A stretch of 64,000 nucleotides of DNA from positions 15,885 through 79,884 of the forward strand of contig NZ_DELY01000050.1 in NCBI RefSeq assembly GCF_002354655.1, written 5' to 3'. Of this stretch, positions 58,585-64,000 are shown one piece after another (within the stretch, counting starts at the first letter, position 1; each line of letters opens with the position of its first letter). Both the position numbers and the translations under genes were made by a program. This DNA comes from Pseudomonas sp. UBA2684 (GTDB taxonomy: Bacteria > Pseudomonadota > Gammaproteobacteria > Pseudomonadales > Pseudomonadaceae). The notes under the pieces were generated by a model, which ran no database searches, had not been told where the DNA came from, and was given only the letters and a program-made list of their open reading frames with translations.

Positions 58585-58592
58585 CCACGCAG

Positions 58593-58738
58593 TAGCAGAC
58601 CGTTGAAAAACTACTGCGCTCGGCTATGCAGCGTTGAAATCAGTCTCAAAATGCTCATGTACAACTCGTACACTGCGCTTTTTCGCCTGATTTCGCCTTG
58701 CCTAGCCTTCGCTCGCTACATTTTTCAACGGCCTGCTA
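58593..58738. mobile_element. 146-bp MITE
   Basis: TIR TAGCAGACCGTTGAAAAA / TTTTTCAACGGCCTGCTA (17/18); non-coding; lies between convergent genes. Confidence 0.75.
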
Positions 58739-58780
58739 GCAGCTGTTTACGCTCGCATACCACCGAGCGTAAACAGCGGC

Positions 58781-59758
58781 TCAGGCAAGCCGCTCCAGAT
58801 ACGGCACCGCGGCGATGCGGTTGTGCTCGCGGAAATACGCCAGGCGCTGCTGAACCTTGCGCTCGGCGATGATCAGGTGCTCTTCCATACTGCGGGCCGC
58901 CAGGTCGGCACGGCCCGCCTGCAGGTTCTCGAAGATGTACAGGTGCTCGCGGAAGAAGGGTTCTTCGTCGGGGAAGTAGCTCTTGTCGAGCAGGATGTGT
59001 TTGCCCGACAAGAGCAACGCGTGAGTGCGCCGCAATATCTGCAACATCTGCCGGTTGGGGCAGTGGCCCAGCGTCTCGATGTGCAGGTCGCTCTCCAGCT
59101 CATCGAACTGGCGGCTGTCCATGTTCGGGTAGATGCTGATCGCGTGATGGAGCCGCTCGATATAACCGTCGAGCTGCTTCGGCTTGAGAAACTCCGCCGC
59201 GCGCATCAGCACGTATGGTTCCAGGCGGCGGCGCACCTCATACAGCTCACCCAGGCGCTCTTCATCCCACTGCGTCAACTGCCAGCGCGAGCGTTCATCG
59301 CGCTCCACCAGCCCCATCAGCGACAGGCGTGTCAGCACCTGACTGGAGACCGTGCGGCTGATCGAGTAATGCCGCGACAGCTCCAGCTCGTTGATATGGT
59401 AAGTGCCGAACAGCGACTGATGCAGCAGGTCGCGCTCAATCCGGTCGTAGACCGCCTTCCAGCTTTCGGTTTTCCGGGGGGTTTGCCCCTTGCCTTCGCT
59501 CAGCTTGAAATCACTGGGTTCCAGCTTGCGCTTGAGCACCTCGCCCGGCGCGGCCCCGACCAGATAACCGCGCCCGTCAAAGGTGCAGATCAGGCCTTTC
59601 TCATGCAGGTTGACGAGCGCCTGGCGCACCGGCGAGCGGCTCACCCCAAATAGCTCAGCCAGCGGCCCTTCGAGCAGCAAGGTGCCTTGCTTCAGCCTGC
59701 CCTTGTTGATGCTCGAGGCGATGAGGTCATACAGCTGATCGTTGAGGTGCTTTTTCAT
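58781..59758 (-). CDS. GntR-family regulator with two wHTH modules and an FCD domain
   Basis: HTH1 LAELFGVSRSPVRQAL; HTH2 LSRHYSISRTVSSQVL; FCD LYEVRRRLE. Confidence 0.85.
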   Translation of the reverse strand: MKKHLNDQLYDLIASSINKGRLKQGTLLLEGPLAELFGVSRSPVRQALVNLHEKGLICTFDGRGYLVGAAPGEVLKRKLEPSDFKLSEGKGQTPRKTESWKAVYDRIERDLLHQSLFGTYHINELELSRHYSISRTVSSQVLTRLSLMGLVERDERSRWQLTQWDEERLGELYEVRRRLEPYVLMRAAEFLKPKQLDGYIERLHHAISIYPNMDSRQFDELESDLHIETLGHCPNRQMLQILRRTHALLLSGKHILLDKSYFPDEEPFFREHLYIFENLQAGRADLAARSMEEHLIIAERKVQQRLAYFREHNRIAAVPYLERLA

Positions 59759-60091
59759 TCGTTATTGTTTTCACTGTCATTGGCTTGAGCGGGTCACCTG
59801 CACAACTGTAACAAGCCTGAACCACCCACTCATAAACTCGCGCAGCCGGGCAAATCGCTGTTCAACCAGCGGGTACGGGCGGGCCGGGCCTTGTCACTTT
59901 GCGTGCAATGTACTTTATTGCTTCCCCCCAGCAACCTCCATCACTTTTTGGCACGGGCCACACGATACCCCAAGCAGCCGCGCCAGAAGCGGTTGATGCT
60001 GCTGGACCACGGCATAAAGCATATCGCCCTAAACGCAAACACCCCGCGAACGCTGAGCGCTCGCAGGGTGTGGAAGCCAGGCAGTTGGCCC

Positions 60092-61474
60092 TTAGAGCAG
60101 GCCCAGCGCCTGCGCCGTGCGGTCCACCGCGCGTTTGGTTTTCTCGATCAGCTCATCGAGTTCGCCACGGCTGGCGACCAGCGCCGGGGCCATGATCATG
60201 CGGCCCTGGGTCGAGCGGATGATCACCCCTTCCTCGAAACCGTAGGTGCGGCACTGCCAGGTGATCTCGCCTTCGTTGTCGAAGCGTTTGCGGCTGGTTT
60301 TGTCCTCGGCGAACTGCAACGCGGCGACCATCCCGGCGCCCTGGATGTCTCCCACCAGCGGGTGCTCGGCGAATACCTGGCGCAGGCATTGCTGCCAGTA
60401 CGGACCGGTGTCGTTCTTCACCTGGGTGACCACCCCTTCGTCGCGCAGCGCCTTGATATTGGCCAGCGCCACCGCAGCGGCAACCGGGTGGCCGGAGTAG
60501 GTCAGGCCGTGGGCGAACACCCCGCCCTGCTCCACCAGCACCTCGGCGATGCGCTTGGACAGCACCAGGCCGCCCATAGGGATGTAACCGGAGGTCAGGC
60601 CCTTGGCGATCGACAGGGTATCGGGCTGGAAGCCGAAGTGCTGGTGGGCGAACCACTCGCCGGTGCGACCGAAGCCACCGATCACTTCATCGGCGCACAG
60701 CAGCACGTCGTACTGGCGGCAGATGCGCTGGATTTCCGGCCAGTAGCTTTCCGGCGGGAAGATCATCCCGCCGGCGCCCTGGAACGGCTCGGCGATAAAG
60801 CCGGCGACGTTCTCGGCGCCCAGTTCGAGGATTTTCTCCTCCAGTTGCAGGGCGCAGCGGCGACCGAATTCGGCCGGGGTCAGTTCGCCGCCGTGGGCGT
60901 ACCAGTAGGGCTCATCGATGTGCGCAATGTCCGGCAGCATGCCGCCCATCTCGTGCATGAACTTCATGCCGCCCAGCGCGGTGCTGGCCAGGGTCGAGCC
61001 GTGGTAGCCGTTCCAGCGGCCGATCATGATCTTCTTCTGCGGCTGGCCGAGAATCTGCCAGTAACGGCGTACCGTGCGGATCAGCACCTCGTTGGCTTCC
61101 GAGCCGGAGTTGGTGTAGATCGCGTGGCTGTAGTGGCCGGGCAACAGGCTGAACAGCAGCTCGGACAACTCCACCACCGCCGGGTGGGTGGTGTGGAAGA
61201 ACATGTTGTAGTACGGCAACTGTTCCAGCTGCCGCGTGGCGGCGGCGGTCAGGTCCTGGCGGCCATAGCCCAGGTTGGTGCACCACAGGCCGGACATGCC
61301 ATCCAGGTAACGGTTGCCGTCGTTATCCCAGAGGTACAGCCCCTGGCCTTTGACCATCACCCGTGGGCCTTCGGCGTTCAGCGCCTTCTGGTCGAGGAAG
61401 GCATGGATGTGGTGGGCGGCATCCAAGGCTTGGTAGTCACGGGTTTCACGCTTGGCCTTGATTTGGGCATTCAT
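60092..61474 (-). CDS. Class-III aminotransferase (SpuC-like amine transaminase)
   Basis: DGMSGLWC, GYHGST, ADEVIGGFGRTG, AKGLTSGY. Confidence 0.9.
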   Translation of the reverse strand: MNAQIKAKRETRDYQALDAAHHIHAFLDQKALNAEGPRVMVKGQGLYLWDNDGNRYLDGMSGLWCTNLGYGRQDLTAAATRQLEQLPYYNMFFHTTHPAVVELSELLFSLLPGHYSHAIYTNSGSEANEVLIRTVRRYWQILGQPQKKIMIGRWNGYHGSTLASTALGGMKFMHEMGGMLPDIAHIDEPYWYAHGGELTPAEFGRRCALQLEEKILELGAENVAGFIAEPFQGAGGMIFPPESYWPEIQRICRQYDVLLCADEVIGGFGRTGEWFAHQHFGFQPDTLSIAKGLTSGYIPMGGLVLSKRIAEVLVEQGGVFAHGLTYSGHPVAAAVALANIKALRDEGVVTQVKNDTGPYWQQCLRQVFAEHPLVGDIQGAGMVAALQFAEDKTSRKRFDNEGEITWQCRTYGFEEGVIIRSTQGRMIMAPALVASRGELDELIEKTKRAVDRTAQALGLL

Positions 61475-61528
61475 TACGACTCTCCTCTCGCCCTTTACGG
61501 GCATCGACGCTACGACCGCGAACGGTCT

Positions 61529-62947
61529 TCAGACTTGATCCGGGTTCAACGCGCGCTCGATCGGCTCCGGCGTGAACAGGGGTTTGCGCATCACCAACTT
61601 GATCCACAGCACGGCGATCAGCGAGACCAGCCCCAGCACCACACCGGCGCTGGTAAAAATCTGCACGGTCAGTTCCGGCGACGGCGAGGCATGCCACACG
61701 GCATACAACATTCCGCCGATACCGAACAGCTGCGGCAGCGGGTAAAACGGCGTGCGGTAGGGCCGCGCCAGGTGCGGGTAGCGCTTGCGCAGAACGATCA
61801 CATCGACGTGGGTGATGATGTAGGCCAGCAGCCAGGCCAGCGCGGCGGCGATCAGCATCAGATTGATCGAATCCTGGCCCATCAGCACGATCGGCAAGCC
61901 GGTGATCGCGGCGACGAACAGCACCGCGACCCAGGGCGAGCCGGTGCGCGCGCTCAGGCGCTTGAAGCAGGGAAACGCCTGACCGCGTTGCGCCATGCCG
62001 CGCAGCATCCGCGGGATCGCCGCCAGCGAGGTATTGAGCGTGCTGCACGTGGCCGTCACGGCGGCAGTGACCAGCAGCAACTGCCCGGTTTCGCCGAATA
62101 CCGCGGTGGCGAACAAGTAATGCGGTAGGCCGTTACTGGCCAGCTCCGCTTGCGGCACCACCAGCAAGGCGCCCAGGCAATACAGGGCGATGGTGCCGAA
62201 GATCACACTCAGGCCGATGATCATCGAGCGCGGAATATCGCGTTCCGGTTTGCGCGATTCCTCCACCAGCGGGCAGACGAACTCGGCGCCGACAAAGCCC
62301 CAGATGGCCAACGCGGTCAGCGCCAGCACCCCCATGCCCAGCGGGTTCCAGCCCTCTTGCGCGAGGCTGGCCAGCGGCACGGCGCTGTCGCTGGCCACGG
62401 CGTTCAGACCGATCAACAGCAGCACCACCACCATCACCACCGCCAGCAGCGATTGCAGGCGGGCGAAGATGTCGATGTTGCACAGGTTGAGCACGGTAAA
62501 CAGGCCGAGCACGCCGAAGGCCACGGTCATCGACGGCAAGGCGTGTGGGTAGACCTTCTCGATGATCATGTCGAGCAACAACAGCTCGGCCGAGAGGGCG
62601 AACATCGCCACCACGATATAGCCGGAGAAGGTTGCCAGGATCGCCGGAAACTGGCCGATGGCGACTTCCGTGTAGCTGCTCAAACTGCCGGCGCGGGGAA
62701 TCATCAGCGACAGTTCGGCGAAGGAAAAGGCGTAACTGAGCGCCAACAGGTATGCCAGGCCCAACGGCACGATAAAGCCCAGCCCGGCGATGCCCGCGCC
62801 TTGCAGCATCAACACCATCACGCCTTGCGAAACCACCAGGCCGATGGCCACGGCCAGCAGGGAACCGAGGCCGAGTACTTTGCGCAACCGGCCTGACCGG
62901 GCCTCGGTCGTTGCGGTTTGCAGCGGTACGCTTGCACCTTGAGTCAT
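61529..62947 (-). CDS. APC-family amino acid/polyamine permease
   Basis: About 12 TM segments, FAELSLMIPRAGS, FVGAEF; likely ATG at 62947. Confidence 0.88.
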   Translation of the reverse strand: MTQGASVPLQTATTEARSGRLRKVLGLGSLLAVAIGLVVSQGVMVLMLQGAGIAGLGFIVPLGLAYLLALSYAFSFAELSLMIPRAGSLSSYTEVAIGQFPAILATFSGYIVVAMFALSAELLLLDMIIEKVYPHALPSMTVAFGVLGLFTVLNLCNIDIFARLQSLLAVVMVVVLLLIGLNAVASDSAVPLASLAQEGWNPLGMGVLALTALAIWGFVGAEFVCPLVEESRKPERDIPRSMIIGLSVIFGTIALYCLGALLVVPQAELASNGLPHYLFATAVFGETGQLLLVTAAVTATCSTLNTSLAAIPRMLRGMAQRGQAFPCFKRLSARTGSPWVAVLFVAAITGLPIVLMGQDSINLMLIAAALAWLLAYIITHVDVIVLRKRYPHLARPYRTPFYPLPQLFGIGGMLYAVWHASPSPELTVQIFTSAGVVLGLVSLIAVLWIKLVMRKPLFTPEPIERALNPDQV

Positions 62948-62985
62948 TGTCTTGCCCTCTATTGTTGTTGTGGGGAACACACTCA

Positions 62986-64000
62986 CTAGCGCAACTGAAA
63001 CCAGGTGGTTTTCAGTTGGGTGTACTTGTCCAGGGAATGCAGCGACAGGTCGCGGCCAAAGCCCGACTGCTTGCCGCCGCCGAACGGCACGCTCACGTCG
63101 AGGGCGTCCACCGTATTCACCGACACGGTGCCGGCATTCAGCCGGCGGGCCACGCGATGGGCACGGTTGAGGTCGTCGCTCCACAGCGACGCAGCCAGGC
63201 CGTAGATGCTGTCGTTAGCCAGATGCACGGCTTCGTCCTCGTTGTCGAAGGCGCCGATCGCCAGCACCGGGCCGAATACTTCCTCGCGGGCCAGGCGCAT
63301 GTCGGCGCGCACCCCGGTGAACAGGGTGGGCTGCACGAAGTTGCTTGAGCCGTTGAAGCTCAGCCGCTCGCCGCCGCTGACCAGCTGGGCGCCGTCGCGC
63401 TGCGCGCCGGCAATGAAATCCATCACGCTGGCGGTCTGCCGGGCGTCGACCAGGGCACCGGCACGGCTGGCCGGATCGAGCGGATCGCCCGGCTGCCACT
63501 GCTGCGCCTTGGCGATCAGACGCTCGACGAACTCGTCGTGAATCGAGCGCTGCACCAGCAGGCGCGAGTTGGCCGAGCAGACTTCGCCCTGGTTGAAGAA
63601 AATCGCGAAGGCGGATTTTTCCGCCGCCAGGTCGAGGTCCTGGCAGTCGTCGAACACCAGGCTAGGGCTCTTGCCGCCGCACTCCAGCCAGACCTGCTTG
63701 AGGTTGGATTGCGCCGAATACTGCATGAAGTATTTGCCCACCTGGGTCGAGCCGGTGAACACCAGGCAGTCGACATCCGGGTGCAGGCCGAGGGCCTTGC
63801 CGGCGCTTTCGCCGAGGCCCGGCAGCACGTTCAGCACGCCTTCCGGCAGACCAGCCTCCAGCGCAAGCTCGGCCAGGCGCAACGCCGAGAACGGCGACTG
63901 CTCGGCTGGCTTGAGCACCACGCTGTTGCCTGCGGCCAGCGCCGGGGCGAGTTTCCAGGCGGCCATGTCCAGCGGGAAATTCCACGGCACCACCGCGGCG
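62986..64000 (-). CDS. Aldehyde dehydrogenase (PuuC-like), C-terminal part; runs off window end
   Basis: VPWNFP, FTGST, LECGGKSP, GEVCSANSR, EEVFGP. Confidence 0.9.
   Translation of the reverse strand, partial: AAVVPWNFPLDMAAWKLAPALAAGNSVVLKPAEQSPFSALRLAELALEAGLPEGVLNVLPGLGESAGKALGLHPDVDCLVFTGSTQVGKYFMQYSAQSNLKQVWLECGGKSPSLVFDDCQDLDLAAEKSAFAIFFNQGEVCSANSRLLVQRSIHDEFVERLIAKAQQWQPGDPLDPASRAGALVDARQTASVMDFIAGAQRDGAQLVSGGERLSFNGSSNFVQPTLFTGVRADMRLAREEVFGPVLAIGAFDNEDEAVHLANDSIYGLAASLWSDDLNRAHRVARRLNAGTVSVNTVDALDVSVPFGGGKQSGFGRDLSLHSLDKYTQLKTTWFQLR

Noticed and set aside
59891-62128. 745-aa plus-strand ORF
   Set aside because: Antisense to the aminotransferase and permease; no recognisable domain.

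Overview
GC-rich Pseudomonas-type chromosome segment in four parts. (1) 1-18 kb is core housekeeping DNA: ftsH (partial), rlmE, yhbY, greA, carAB with its leader/attenuator, dapB, grpE-dnaK-dnaJ, recN, fur, bamE, ratAB, an NSS transporter and smpB. (2) 18-28.9 kb holds the lldR-lldPDE lactate locus, an orphan hybrid sensor kinase and tmRNA (ssrA). (3) 28.9-38 kb is an AT-richer composite island integrated at the ssrA 3' end, with one exact and one damaged att copy. It contains a filamentous-phage (Pf-like) integrase plus a rep-gene stump and a second, truncated integrase. It also contains a coupled three-gene operon (stand-alone colicin E3-like rRNase, 103-aa unknown protein, ImmA/IrrE-type metallopeptidase), a complete Sen2/St85-like retron (msr-msd, NDT-like effector, RT) and a toxin-first hipA-HTH pair. 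(4) 38-64 kb is a large sugar-acid/organic-acid catabolic cluster (OprD, TTT and TRAP transporters, UxaA-like dehydratase, three FAH-fold proteins, KGSA dehydrogenase, two LysR, a double-HTH GntR), followed by an amine catabolic operon. The best candidate for an undescribed system is the three-gene operon at 31517-33003. All family assignments come from motifs recognised by eye; no database search was run.
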